Origin: Minutocellus sp. GHC0000111
Taxonomy: Eukaryota
Reading direction: 5' to 3'
Length of the DNA: 64,000 nt
Assembly (NCBI GenBank): GCA_977018835.1
Contig: OZ361261.1
Location: forward strand, 496,001-560,000
Shown: piece by piece, positions 23,520 to 37,408 of the stretch
Numbering within the stretch: the first letter of the stretch is position 1
Layout of the letters: each line of letters opens with the position of its first letter
Notes under the pieces: generated by a model
What the model was told of the DNA's origin: nothing
The model's input: only the letters and a program-made list of their open reading frames with translations
Database searches by the model: none
Translations under genes and position numbers: made by a program

Positions 23520-26367
23520 TCATTGTGATGTAGTAGGCGGTCGAAATCCAACGCTGATCCCCGTGATTTTTTGTGTTAAGCCCGTGGATGGATCCGGTAA
23601 CGCCTTTTGGCGGTACTTCGGTGATTGCAGTATACGTATTTCTTCATCTTGCTCCTGCTTCTGTAATGAGGTGGGTGATAGCGGACGAGTCTCGTTGATT
23701 GCCGTAGAGTATGCGCAATCGAAAGCCACATTCGATGGCCATTCGCAGACGGTGGTATCGCCCTTGTCTCCGTGAATGGTCAACGGCGAGGCCGGCGGTG
23801 TCAGTAATGGCACTGGTTCTGACTCCTCGCTGTCCGAGCCCTTTGCGTGAAGTTCTCCGTCTAGCTGTCTGTCCATCTCCACTTCGTACTCATCTTCCGA
23901 TGACGAAGCATCGCGTTCCATACCTCGCATCTGCGCGAATGACGGATGAGCCGGCTCTCCAAGGTCGAAGAGGGGAAGCTCTGGAAGGGTGATGTCTACT
24001 GGTCGCTGAGCCTCGCCCTTCTCAATATTTTGGTCCAATGTAGACAAAGACTCGCTAAACTTGATCCGCTGCCTCTTTGGAGAATCACCTTTCTCGCCCT
24101 TGAGCATGGCCGAAAGCATTTGAGAGGATAACATTCGCTTCGGGCACAGCGGCGACACCTTCTTCGACGACTTCGATGCAAGCTCGTGTGTCGCTTTGAG
24201 TAGAGCTAAGTCAATGTTGACAGATGTCCGTTGCTTGGTCTGCAATAAGCGGAGAGAAGAGTGACAAGCCAAACAAAAACAGGGGCTATGAGCATGCGCG
24301 GATGATATATGGGCGAGATGGAAAGAAATACCACTCGGCAGCTATAACAATAGAGCCAGCATTCACCAAAACAGCGTGGTCACGTACCATATACTCCATC
24401 GCAGTGTCCTCGTCGCACCCAAACGTTTGCATCAAGAACAAGGCACAGACTAATGGAGAGTACTCATCGCCCGTGGAGCAAGTTACGAGAACAGAGGAGT
24501 CTTCCCCAGACATGCTTTTGCGAGGGTCTTGCAGCGTTGAGGCAACTTGGCCAGCGGATTCCACCATGATGGAAGAGATGGCATCAGTGCCCTTGCTTTC
24601 GCAGCCGGGCAGAATGTTTGTTGAGTATCGCACCCCGTCGCCAATCCAGAGCTCATCCAGAGGATGACAAGATAGTTGAATGACGTGCGTCACATGAAGA
24701 GCAGCTAATGCAAGGCGCGATTCTGCAGCGGCAAATGAGCCCACGAAGAGATGACCTTTCAAGGTCACCGACGACTCTTGAGCATCATTGGTGGGGAAAC
24801 TAATGTGAGATATGTCGAGAGCCGATAACTGGGAGTGAAACATGTCATGGATCTTCTTCGAGGCGTATTCCCGACGTTCTTGTGATCCCGAAAGAATAGA
24901 CAAGGCAGGGGACTGCGGTGAGACTGTAGTGAGCATCTCGTCTACCCAGAACACTGCATTATCCTTGGAAGGCAAGCGAACTGGATACCTAGCATACGCG
25001 AGGTCGTCGCTGGTTTCTTGGGAAGTCGTAAGGAGCCTAACGGCGGCAGAGAGGACGTCTTGGCTCATGTAGTCGAATTCAAAGGCATCCGAAAGTAACT
25101 CATCGATCTCTTCGTCAGAAGTCATCTCAGCGATGGCTGTTACTAATTCCTCGGCATCCGAGAGTTCCTGGCGCATTTTGGGAAGTGGAGCCATGTGATA
25201 CGGCAAAAATGAAAGTGAGGTTAAAATCATCGCTCGACATTACATGCACGAGGAATAAGCTGCAGATGTGTAAGGCGCACGTCAACACTTACCATATCAG
25301 AACCCGCGTCAATGTTACGCTCACTTGGCGACGAAGGAGAAGACCCATTAATGATTTCCTCGAGTTCCTCGACGGAAATGGATTCTGTTTTCATTAGCTC
25401 ACGTGCCTCGATGGCTGCAGGGTCCTCGTCCTCGCTTTGGTCCTCATCCTCCTCTGCCTCTTCAATCTCTCGCTGCAATTCTGCATCAATACGAGCAGCT
25501 TCGTCGTCATCACTCTCAATCTCCTCTTCGTCCTCGTCCTCCAATTCAATGTTTTCGTCAGAATCTTCGTCAGCAGAGCCTTCGTCAATGATCTTTTTCT
25601 TGTGAATGAGAATCTTGTTACCATCCTCGACATCTGATTCGTCATCACTACTTTCCGACTCCGAGCTGTTGCTACTGCTGCTACTGTCTTCGCCATACGC
25701 ACTGGTACCGGTGCCTGCTCTCGCAATATCTCCCTCTCCTTCGATATCTTCATCGTCATCATCGCCGCCATCGCTGTCCATTTCGTCTTCGGAGGAAGAC
25801 GAAGACGATGATGATGACGACGACGACGAGCTGCTTGAGTCGTCATCGGCGACACTATTTTCCCTGGATCCTCCAACGGGAAGAGGCCTCTGAACATTAC
25901 GGCCCAGAGCCGCGACCGCTGCTACCTTCCCCGACACAATGTCCCAAGGACGGTGCTCAACACCATCGTCCGAATCATCGTCGTCACTATCCGTATCGTT
26001 GATACTATCGTCGTCATCGTCGTTACCACCCTCTTCATCGGTCGCGGGGGGACGTCCAGCATCGTTGACCTTGAGCTCGTCCTCACTATCACCGTCTGCA
26101 CTCACGTCCATGTTGTCGTCATCTTCTCCAGAAGCACCGAACGCCATCGGTTCCTTCCCGGCTAACTTGCGTGGCACCCCGGACGACAAGTGGGGCATAC
26201 CGTTCGCTGCCGACGGCGGTGGCAGTCCTCTCTTCACGACTCCATCGTCGGGCGGCGGAGGCTCTTCGTTGGGTTCGGAATTGCTAACTTTGTTGCGTCG
26301 AAGCATCTTCTTCTGGTGGGATTTTGGAATGGATTTCAATTGGCTGCTGCTTGGCTTGCGCGTCCAT
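23520..26367 (-). CDS. Acidic low-complexity protein with atypical dual-specificity phosphatase-like domain; introns 25168-25292 and 24240-24387; probable 1-bp insertion near 26291
   Basis: Phase-0 GT-AG introns join three ORFs (DAGSDM|ELSD and AMEYM|TKQRTSV). DSP-like HLFVGS...VTHVIQL...VLVTCSTGDEYSPLVCALFLM. The N-terminus MDAQAKQQ (ATG 26367) needs a frame change; the alternative start is 26306. Confidence 0.7.
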
Positions 26368-26966
26368 CGATCGAGTGCAATATCTTCTTTTGAGTATCTG
26401 TGTGGTAAAAGAGATTATGGATGGGGAGGTGCGAATGCGTGAAAAAGAACGGGAGATGGATGCATGATGAGTGTCATCGCATCGAAGCGAACCCAACGCG
26501 AAAGCAAGGCGAACCATCACGCAGATAAATGACTTGTTCGACTCAATAGAAGAATCCCTGACAACTTTCTCTTCGATGAGTTCTGTGGGAACGATGGACC
26601 TCTCGTCTCATCGCGGGTCATTCCATGATACGCCGCCGTTGGAAAATATGCCGAAAGCAGCACCATGTACAGTGACCACCGAAGCGCCATTGGTGAAAAA
26701 TCGGCACCGAACTACGCACACCGGCGGCCACAAACGCGTTGATTCCTCACCTCCTTCCGTTTCGCTTTTTATGCCGGCGTCTGGATTTTTTGGGCATGCG
26801 TTCGAGCGCCACCTGATTGTGAAAAATGCTCGCAAATCCAAGTCGCATGTGCAATGAGATTTTCCCTTATCTTCTAATCTCCTTTTCTCTTCTTTTTCAT
26901 CTATGACCAACCATCCATTTTTTTATTGATTGCAAGGCGCAAGGCCATCCAACCCACCAAGCCAAA

Positions 26967-27470
26967 ATGAGATCATCTTCCCAGACCCTGGCAATCGCTG
27001 CTGCCGGGAGTGTAACGGCTGCTTTTGTAACATATTATCTCTCCAAGGCAATATCAAAGTATGGCGCTAAAGGCTTTGTTCGTCTCGTATGGGAAGGGGA
27101 TCATCTCGAGCCGAACATTCGCGAGGCATGGGATGCATTGGACGGGCTGGAGGCGAACGCGGTGCCTCGAGAAATGAACAGATTGGAACAGGTGGAAATT
27201 TCCATTGAAACTGCTAGATTGAACTCCGTCGATGGATCTGACGACCAGATACTGGAGCAATATCCACAAATCAAGAAGGATCTGAGTATGGTGAGCTATC
27301 GGTTGGACAAAGTGGCGGCGGAGGTGGATTCTGTTCAATCGCATGGCAATGTAGAAGTGAAGAGGAGGAAGAAATGCTTGTCGAACAAATTGGTAGGTAT
27401 GACGGAACGTGCCGATTCGCTCATTGCATTATGTGGAGGTGGGATAAAGAAAAATATGGAGTATATTTGA
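26967..27470 (+). CDS. Membrane-anchored BAG-domain protein
   Basis: N-terminal hydrophobic anchor; BAG-like LDKVAAEVDSVQSHGNVEVKRRKKCLSNKL. Confidence 0.65.
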   Translation: MRSSSQTLAIAAAGSVTAAFVTYYLSKAISKYGAKGFVRLVWEGDHLEPNIREAWDALDGLEANAVPREMNRLEQVEISIETARLNSVDGSDDQILEQYPQIKKDLSMVSYRLDKVAAEVDSVQSHGNVEVKRRKKCLSNKLVGMTERADSLIALCGGGIKKNMEYI

Positions 27471-27598
27471 TGCAAACCAGCTATTGCATGTACCTACGTA
27501 AACAAAGCAACCTGAAAACTGAGTGCACAATTAATATTTTTACCAAGACCATGAATAGAATACATCAAATTTATTGATGCACGCCCACTCCTACTTTC

Positions 27599-28785
27599 TT
27601 AGGGCACCGAATCTCTGCGCTTCTTCTTGCCTGACTTCTTTGACTTCTTGACCTCGGTCTTGGCGCTTCGCTTCGATGCGCCCTTTTGCTTGGGAGTCTT
27701 GGTCTGGGGGATTTCCTCCTCTTCAACAATGGCATCCAACTCTTCGGCATCCGACGTCTTGCGCTTCTTCTTGCTGGACTTCTTCTTGGCAGACTTAGCC
27801 TTGGTACTGCTTTCTCCGTCGGTGCTTGCCTCGGATCCTTTCCTCTCTCTTCTCTTAGGCGTCTTTGGTGCATTCTCATCACCGCCATCTTCATTTCCTT
27901 CATCCTTGCTCGCCTTACGCTTGCGCTTGCCACCGGTGCTGCCGGCAGCTTCACCCTTCTCTACCCCAGCCGAATATCCAGGAAAGTCATACTCGATGCC
28001 CAAAGCCTCAAGCTTCTTACGCTTCGCGGCCTCCCTCTTGACGAGCCGTGCGGTGATCTTCTTCATCCCCTCTGCCGTTCGGGGCTTATTCACCTGCTCC
28101 CTGTTGAGGCCCTGCCAATCGATCTTGACGAACTTGCGATCGTGCCCGGCGAACAGTTCGGGGTGGCACTTATCGCGGGGCATGATGTGGCAAACCAGCC
28201 GCTTCTCCATGAGGAAGTAGCCAGACATGGTATCGGCCACGATGGCGGCAACTTCCGGATCGACGAACTGGACGAAGGCATAACCACGGGAGTTGCCGGA
28301 CTTTTTGGAACGAGACAGACGAAGCTTGCGGATACTGCCAAACTGGTTGAGGAAGCCGCGGATCTCAGCCTCCTCGAACCCGTGAGGAAGATGTCCGAGG
28401 TAGATAACAGACGATGGCTTCGAGGCCTTGGTGGCAGCCTTTTCTGCCTTGCTCTTCTTGGCCTTTGGCTGCTGCTGACCGTCGGCATTGCTCTTGCTAG
28501 ATTCACCCTTTTGTTTCTTCGCCTTCTTTCCCTTGTTACCGGCCTCCTGAGAAATCACCTGGACATTTTCTTCATCGTCACTGCTATCCCACTCGGGACC
28601 TTCATCATTGATGATTGTTGGAGAAAGTAGAGAATGAAAGAATGATGAGATATTGGATGCAGCAAGAGTAATCGACACAAGATGTGTTGGAACTTCAAAG
28701 AGCGACCAGAGCCATGGAGATGTATGTACCTACCATCAAGGGCGGCCAGTTTGGCCTCGAGGCTGCGGTGAAGCGTCTTGCTCAT
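27599..28785 (-). CDS. NOP15: Nucleolar RRM protein NOP15/NIFK; intron 28600-28733
   Basis: VIYLGHLPHGFEE...RLSRSKKSGNSRGYAFVQF...IVADTMSGYFL; KKLEALGIEYDFP; Lys-rich tail. Exon 1 encodes MSKTLHRSLEAKLAALD. Confidence 0.87.
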
Positions 28786-29074
28786 GATTTCCTTGCGTGT
28801 TGGCTTTGTAGTTGGATAAGTTTGGGCCGACTGGCTTGTTCTTTGGCGCGGGACGGAGGCAAAACTCGTGGTGAGCGCCAAGGGGCGAGCGACGGAAAGA
28901 CGAGAGATACGAATTCGCAGTTTCGCAGATTTGCAGCCAGATTACGCCGTACATTTTCGGCCGATACAAGATCCGAAGAACAGAATTGTAGAAGAGTTGC
29001 TTGCATCGTGCTGTGATCGCTCCCTTGAAGAGGTTCGCTGTAATATACCAACCTGATACACTCCTGACCTGAAC

Positions 29075-30315
29075 ATGTCATCCCAATTGCTCTTCCGCTC
29101 CCTCGTCGGGGCCTATTCCTTTCTAACGGCGACCAGCGTCATTGTTCTTGTTTCGATTTTGGCGAGGTTCGGATTCAACCAAGACAATGACAGGAATCGC
29201 AACAACAATGGACAAAACAACAACGGCGAGAGGGAGTGGTGGTGGGAAGGACTGGAGGCCGAAGAACGGGGTCAGCTCATGTTTGCGTGCGTTTGGTCCA
29301 TTATCGTTCTCGTTGCTCTGTCCATTGTTGGGTACAAAACGTTCCGTTACCCAACGACGTTCCGCCTTGGCATGCTCGGCGGATCGCTCGCGCTGTATGC
29401 CAATCTCTGCCTGTGCATTTGCTTTTACTTCATCAACTTTGAGAGGCGCGAAGAGAACAATGGAAGGTATCTGCAAAACAATTACCAGTACTACAACAAT
29501 AACAACAACAACAATTACAGAGAGGAAGATGAAGAGGGACGTGGTCAGAAGATGTTATCGGTATTCGGCTTGGTGACCACTTTGCTTTACGCCTCACTTT
29601 CGGCGTTCACGCTTTGGAGCAGCTCCAAAGCGGCAGGGGAGGAAGATCATGGCGTGGATGACCTTGCAGAATCGCAAACCAGCGGTCATGTTGATGTGTT
29701 GAGTGATGGCTTCAGGCACCTCTCAGCTTTTTCAGTCATTGGAGTTGGCATTTCGTTCCTGGTTGGAATAACATCGCTATTTGCTGAGGAAGGTGAGCGC
29801 ATGAGAGAAGAGGGCGAGGTTTATAACTTCCTCATGATCGCTGGCTGGATGTCTTTGGTTGTCGTCGGATTGGGATTCGCTGGATGGCGAGTATTCAAGC
29901 GAAGTCCTATCATCAGCCAGCTCGAGGTTGGCTTCTTCACAGGTTGTCTCTATTTCTTCTGCGCCTCAGCATTTGCGATGGCCGGTCTTTACGGTGGCTT
30001 CTCCCTGGAGGCTCTTGCAGATGGTCGCCGTGGGGGACCCGAGGGTCCTGCCGGTTCACTCTTCTTCTCCTTCGTATGCTTCACTTTCGGTCTTGCATAT
30101 CTGTTCTATGCTGTCCTACTGAACAAGTACCACCGTCTATCCTTCATGCGAATCGAGATAGCATTGAGAGCGACTATAATCGCATGACGGGAGATGATGG
30201 CGACGTGGCGGCCTCGGCTGTTGAGCTCGCCAGTGGTCTTTGGAAGGCTAATGTCAGTAGCAATAATGACGGCTCGCAAAGCCTCAAGAAAAGTGATGGC
30301 GCCGTTGAGGGGTAG
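29075..30315 (+). CDS. Multi-pass membrane protein with Asn/Gln-rich loops; probable 1-bp frameshift near 30135
   Basis: About 8 hydrophobic segments in two similar halves; loops NRNNNGQNNNG and RYLQNNYQYYNNNNNNN. The C-terminal SILHANRDSIESDYNRM lies in the adjacent frame. Confidence 0.65.
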
Positions 30316-30729
30316 ATGTCATGTGACTTAACATGCAATAGGCACAATTTCTCAGCGTCAAGCCCAAGCTCTTATTAGCAGCATAATGGTGCCATGGTAG
30401 ATCTAGATCTACCGTCTTTGCTCTCGGTAGATCTAATGATCCATGTAACAAATTTGCATTCTGGCCGTCCTCTTGCAAAGCAACCATGGGCTAATTAGCC
30501 CATAAAAGCAACGTCATGTCAACGATCAACGAGCCCCCTGACGACGGACAGAGCACAGAAACGAATTTCGAATTTTTCCGCCGTCGGCACTTTGCAGCAA
30601 CTTGCGTTGCAACCGTACCTAGGTACCTACTAGAGGTAACCTGCAATACTGTTTCGGTTTGGAACGACCGGACGGATTAGACCGGCCAGTTGGGACGGGA
30701 GACGACGGCGAGGGCCCGGCCGGTTCCGT

Positions 30730-33268
30730 GTGTGTTTGGCGCATCTTGGTGGCGCGGCGTGCAATAATATGACTGCTTCGCCCAGTCATCGTTGGTCGTT
30801 CGACCTACCGCATACAAACGGGAGAATAAGTTCAAGTGCACTTCTTCGGAAGAACAATGCCGTTGTGCCGTCAGGAGATGGTCGTCACCTCTACATTACG
30901 ACAACCGAGGGATCATTGAGCATCCTTTCGCTGAAGGGTGGGCCGAATCATGGCGCAATGATTGCGGATGGCAAGTGGCAGGATGAAACTGGGTTTGGTG
31001 GAGTGGCGGATATCGTCGCTTTTCAACCTACACCGATTGAGGGCAGGCGCATAGACTGTCGCTCTGGTGTGAGCCTGCACGAGACCGACGATGGAGACCA
31101 CTTCGCCGTTTATGCAGTCTCCGATGTGCCAATTGTACAAAATCAGCCAATGGCATATAATGACGAAACGTCAGAAATGATTTTCATAGCGTCGGGAATC
31201 GAAGAGGAAGATGTTGAGAGTCGCATTCTTGCAGTGAATTCAGATGGAAGCTTGCGTTGGGAAGTGTCTTTGTCTGGATATGTCGAAGATACTCCCCTCA
31301 TTGGCCAAGCAGATCCCACCAAAGTGTACGTATCCCTGAACGTTCCAGATGAAGCGGTGGGCAATGTGTACGATCCTGATGTTTATAGAGGAAGCGTAGT
31401 GGTCCTGAACGAAGCTGGAGCCGAGGCTGGGGGTGTCGAAGTGACGGCGTCCAAGCAAAGTCAGCCGGTACCGTTTGGTCCTCTCGCATTGCGCATGGTG
31501 GAAATTCGTGGACAGACAAGAGACACTATTTTTGCTACGGAAAACAGAGGGGGTGGCCATGTCCTTGCTGGTGGCATCTACGTCCTCAGTCCAACTGAAG
31601 AGTATGATTTGAGACTTGGCCGTGGAAATGGTGCATATGAACTGCGAACTTTGAGCAGATGGCTGCGAAGTTCCATTGCTCCGTGCGTGATCAGTGCGGA
31701 TGGGGATAAACTATACGCTGGAGGGGCTGGATCTAGCCTCGCCGCATTTGACCTGGGGACCTTCGTCACGAGCATCGGTGAAAAAGAAATGATTGAAGCC
31801 AAATGGGAGGGGACGATATCGGCCAGCATCCGAAATGATACCCAGCGTAAGTTTTTGAAGTGATAGGAATTCCTATTCGGGCATGCTTCTTCGATTTGTG
31901 AATGTATGGTTAGGAAAGAGTCTCAGTCCACATTCACACGCAAAATTGTCTACTCATATCTTCTTCCTCATTTCGCTTCTTCAACTCAAATGGTGCAGCA
32001 CTGGGAGCGGCAGGGGCTCTTTCAGATGATGGAACGAGTATATTCGTTGCGGGGGGTTCCACTACGTTCAACTCTGTCAATGCGATGACAGGCAATGTCC
32101 AGTGGACTGATAGCAACAGCGAAAGTTTATTCATTTCTGAGCCGAAGATTTCGAGGGGCATTCAAAGTACTGTCTACGCTATTGAGGTGAGATACTACGT
32201 AGCAATTGTTCCCCAATGCCCCCAATGATTCAACACCCCCCTTCTCTAAACTCAATTTTTCGACCATTTATTTTCACACCCATTCAGCATGCAAGTGGAA
32301 AGGTCATTGCATACAATGCTGCCACGGGAGAACGCCGATGGCAATTTGACTGTCGAGATTTATCACGCCTTGATGGCTGCCAGGATTCGGTGGAGGCACA
32401 CTTTGCCATTTCACCCAACAACAACCTTTTAATCTATGGCGACATCTTTGGGCGCATAAATGCCTTGCAAATTGGCACTCATACAACAGTGACGGGCCCA
32501 ATTGCTGTGCCGACACGTGATCCAAGCATTCCTGTCCCGACGATCCCGTCTCAACCTATGGGACCGAGACCAACTCAATCACCCACGATGCACACGGCAG
32601 AGAACCCAGCCGGTCATGAGGGATCGACGTCAATGCAGCCACAAAGCACCAGTCAAGATACCAACACTGCTGGGATTGCAGTAGGTATAGTTTTGGGGAT
32701 TGTGGCTGCTCTTGGGGCTGTGGCGTTTTGGTTTGCATCAAGGCGCCGGCGCAACGGAAAACTGACCGGAACAGAAGCTGAAAATCATGGAGCTCCAACC
32801 CCATTTGAAGAGATTAAGGCCGATACTTGTTACTTGAGAAGACACAGTGGAGATGCAAGCGCAGCGCACATTACCCCGGGAGCGCCAAATTCATCCTTCA
32901 ATAGCTCGGTGCATAAAAACGATTCCGATGTCGAGGCATCGATAAGGCAGCAAGGGGGCGGAGATAGAAGATCTCAAGTCTTGGCGGACATCTTGCAGCA
33001 GAGTGAAAAACAGAGAGAAGTAACAAGTACTGTGCCTCCCCAAGGAATGCCATCTGAAATGGCAGATGGAGAGGCTATCGACGACATGATCCGTTCTGCA
33101 ACCTCTGAACTGAGTTCAAAGATATCGTCAGGGCTGGAAACCATGACAAAGACTCTATCAGAAACGAATCTTGCGAGCTTAGAATCGAGTGTGATGCCAT
33201 TTTTGTCGCTTGGGGGTGGGTGTGCCGGAGATATTGACGAGCTATCGGACACCGAGAAAACGGGATAA
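30730..33268 (+). CDS. PQQ-like beta-propeller single-pass membrane protein; introns 31847-31998 and 32187-32287; start uncertain
   Basis: Propeller-type motifs AVNSDGSLRWE, NAMTGNVQWT, AYNAATGERRWQF; Pro/Thr linker; TM IAVGIVLGIVAALGAVAFWF followed by RRRR. Splice sites keep the frame. Confidence 0.7.
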
Positions 33269-33512
33269 CAAAGGGTTTAAAAGGCCACGTGAATTGTGAA
33301 TATGAGTTGTTTGCTACTACGTAGTACTATCGTCCTTTTCTACTTGATATTGGGGTGCCGCATGCACGGCACCCACATGCTACGTGGCTCCAGTTAGAGA
33401 TGGAGGTATGTACGAATTCCTACTTCCTACTATTCGGAGCCAGGTCGTGTGTTTATCCGCTCGGACCACACAAGACAAATACAAGATAGAACTCCCCGTT
33501 GCATTTTCTTTT

Positions 33513-36046
33513 TTAGACATGCACCTCTTCCTCATTGTCTTCACCCATGGCATCTGCCGCCGCCGCCGCAGCAGCAGGAGCGCCGTCTGCCGCATCGCCC
33601 GCATTGGCGTCATCATTTTCGTCTGCTGCAGACGAACCTGGCATAGTTCCGGCTGCAATGCGTGCGGCGATACTGTTCTGCACCCTTTCGACGAGATCAG
33701 CCTTCTTTCCAGAGACCTTTTCCCCCTGAGATGACAGATACTTCTTGAGCGTGGCAGCGTTGCAGCTCGCGATGCTGTCCGAGTCATACTTTTCTTTCCA
33801 ATCAACTCCAGAATCATCAGCTGTAGGTGCCTTGCGCTTCCGACTTGCGGTCACCTTCACCTCTTCCTCTGGTAAAACAAGTTTCAGGGCCTCAATCTGA
33901 GCACCGGCATGGGCCAAAATCGCATCAGCATTCATTTCAACCTGATTCTCAACCTCCTGCTCAGGAATATCAATCGCCACAGATTCAATGTAGTTCCAGA
34001 ATGCGGTGAGAGCTGGATTCTCAAAACTAGAGCCGAAGTCAACACCGACCAACGCTTGTCCCTTGATTAGATCAACAGCTTTATCAACCAGATCCGTATC
34101 GGCGACGTCCTCGGTGGGCTCCTCAATGGCCCGAATATCATCCTCAAAGGGCAAAGAATATAGAGTAATTCCCGGTGGCGTCACTTGCGTCCCATCCTCC
34201 TCATCTACAACCTCCTCCTGGGGTACCATAGCGACCAACCGACTTGACGCTTTCTTGGCACGGAGTAGAAGCTCTCCGACCCCCCACACCTGCTTCCGCA
34301 TCATTGCATCGTACAGAGCGGTATAAGCTGCCCTAGAGCCATGCACTTTCTCTTCGTTTGGGTACGTGAAGTACGTATTCTCAAAACTCTTCCAGGGCAA
34401 AGTGCTCATAGGTTTGAAGCCATTCAAAATCACGCAATGGACTTCTTCGTTCGCGTTAGCCTTCTGTTTGAGTAGGTCCACCTCAGCATGGGTGAAAGGA
34501 GCTCGAGCCCCACCGAATTCACTGAAGTGTCTCAAGCGACTCTTGTTCTTGATTTCGTCGCCCATGGTATCTCCGTCTTTCACCAAGAGGGTGGTAATTT
34601 TTTCGGTGCGTTTGTTCGTTTCTTGATTGATTATAACGGCCACAGGCTTGCGTTTAATTTGAACGGGACGAATAAGATCCATCACGATTCCAGGGTTGGC
34701 AGGACGGCTCTCCCACCCAGGCAGGAAGAGGGCCATAGTAGAGGCCTTGCGGACCTTCTTCCACGACTTGTCGATATCATGGAGCAAGTCGTCGAGATCA
34801 ATCTCTCCCTGAGCAAACTCTTCAGTTGTCTCCATGCCAGAGGGCTCCGAGTACACATCCTTGGTCGTAATATCAGCATAGAACTTGGAACGGTCGAACG
34901 ATGCATTCCGACGAGGAAGGGGCCATACGTTTATCTGGAGGCCGTTTTCAACGGCATCCTTGGCAACGGTGACTACCTGCTTCTTCTCATCCTCGTTCTC
35001 CCTGCAAGGACTGTCCTCGTTGGTAAATATCCACAAGGACTTCGAATCACCTGGATTCTTGGAGGTTGCGGCCTGCTTCTTGACGCATCTGTTGGTATGT
35101 TTTAATAAGGGATGGGGTATTAGAGAGCACAAGCAATGATATCAATCAATTGTCCAACATAAATAAATGCACTACGCATAAGTTTCCAAGGAAAGTCTAC
35201 TCACCTTGCCTCCAAAAACGCCTTCGATGCTTCATGAAGGGCGCTTCGGAGGGGACAAAACGAATCGATGCCATCATTTTCCGTGCTCGTTCCATCCCCT
35301 TTTTCGATATCGGCAAACTCCTCCACCAGATCCCGTCGATACTTCTGCTGCACACGGCTGCCGCTCCCGCCGAAGCCGGGGATACAGCCACGGATCTGGA
35401 GAGTCTGCTCCGTTCCAGGCGGTGCCAGTGGGATGAGGTGATAAAACGACGTGAGGTACGCGTCTCCACCAATACCATCCCCATCCTCATCCGAGTCGCT
35501 GTCATCTCCACTGGCATTGGGGCGGCCATTCTCATTGTAGTCTCCAGACTTCTTGAAGGCAGTGCCATCTCCATTCGTTTTCTCCCCATCGGCACCGTCG
35601 CGGAGCTTCTCATCGGGATTGAATTTCTTCGTTGCGAACAGCATAACACCTACACCATCCCTCGTCCCACCCCGGGACGTGGCCACGGAATTGACCTTTC
35701 CCCTGATCAGCTTCTCGGTGGCCCGCAGTGCCGCCTCGAATGGTGTTACCAGTTGCTGCTTTGGAGTAGCATTCTCATCATCATCGATGACCATGGCCGC
35801 GCCTTCGTCATCTCCGCCCTGCTGGTCACTATTGTCTTCTGCTTCCGCCTCGTCCCGACCTCCATCGTCATCGTCGGAGGTGAGACGAATACTGGGAACG
35901 AACATGCTGGGGTTGCAATCAATCATCACCAGGACATGCGACGCACCGATCGTAGGACCCTCGTCATCTTCGCCTTCATCGTCATCCTCACCTCCTCCAT
36001 CGCCTCTGGCCCAAGACGGCTCTTCTCCCCATGGATCGTCGTCCAT
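33513..36046 (-). CDS. KU70: Ku70 (NHEJ DNA end-binding protein) with C-terminal SAP domain; intron 35089-35204
   Basis: vWA start HVLVMIDCNPSMF, IFTNEDSP, GFKP, YPNEE, RLVAMVPQEE, LPFEDDIR, FENPAL; SAP domain TLKKYLSSQGEKVSGKKADLVERV. Confidence 0.93.
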
Positions 36047-37408
36047 GGTGAAATTGTCTGCTTTTAACTCTTATCACTCTGCGAGTGGTGCCATTGTGCT
36101 CGTGCTTGGGTTGTACAGGGTCTGCTGATGACTGAGCTTGCAGGATACGCCGAGGCGTTGCGATGCGATGTTGCGATCTTGGTAACACTACAGCAGAATC
36201 GTCCCGGCGATGCCGGCTCGGACCTCAAAATTCTTTTTGGTCCCGTTTATCTAAATCACTCTAAGTGTTGGTAAACCATGATTTTCACCGAACAACCTTG
36301 TAACTAGAGTTTCCTCGGTTACCGAATTTTTTGTTGGTTCTTCGATTTTTGATTGAAATGCTTTTTTGCAGCCAAAAAGTTGATTCTCGTGTACCGTTCG
36401 TAGAATTTTGGTACAAAACCACTTACACTACAAACGGAAATAGGTACAAAAGTACTCACACGAGTGACGGATTTTAGTTGGTCCCGTCGAATGCATTTGA
36501 AATCATTTGGTTGGGCACTGTCTTTGTGCGATTTTCTTTGTATGAGCAATTTATGCAGTGGTTTGAGGCAATCTGTTGTTGTGATTGAAATATGCCAGGA
36601 GCCGTCTGTACGTCGCCTTAGAGAGCGACAGGATCCATGAAAGATCCGACGAGCCATAAGTAATTGACTAGTGTCGAGTTAGTGTTGTTGCTACGATATC
36701 TTTGCTGTGTGCTGGTGATTGAATATATTGGAACGTATGCTCTTGCTTTGGCTGGTACATATCGACTGGTACGTCACTGGTTGGTCCCGGCTGATTCGAA
36801 TTAGTTCATCCGACCCATCGCATCTTGCATGAGCACATCTTTTGCGCATCATTTCGTTCCGATGTCGTTCATCGGCACTTTGTGACACCGTGTCGTTGAG
36901 ATGCCCATCAGGGAACTCCGACCGACCGCCACAGGGCGGGAGATAGGCCATGTCGATCACCGTGCTGGGGAGCACGTAAATCTACTCCTCGCGAGTTTGT
37001 AATGCGCTTTGGTGGCGCAACTCTGCGAGCAACAAGTGTCGAGTTTGACTGCGCCGCAGGGCGTGGGCTCGAGGCCGAGTAAGAGCAAGCCGATGGGTAT
37101 GCGCTCGAGCCACAAATGCAGGAAGGACCACTGCTCTTGATAGAGGTCGAGCTGACATGTGTCAGCGCTCTGGCAAGTGGACACTACTGCGACATGAGTG
37201 AGAGGGAGGAGTTGATCGCCCCCCTGGTGTCGTTCGGATCACATGCGTGATGCCGACGTGCCGAAGAGCTGTTGGAAGCTCAACACATTGCGGTGGAGCA
37301 TGTGTATCAGGAATGGCCGTTCCAGACGGATGTCGTTTATGTCTCACCCATGTTGCTTGTTCCTGTTGTGTTGTTTCATTTCACTGCACTAGGAGTTGAT
37401 CAGCAACA

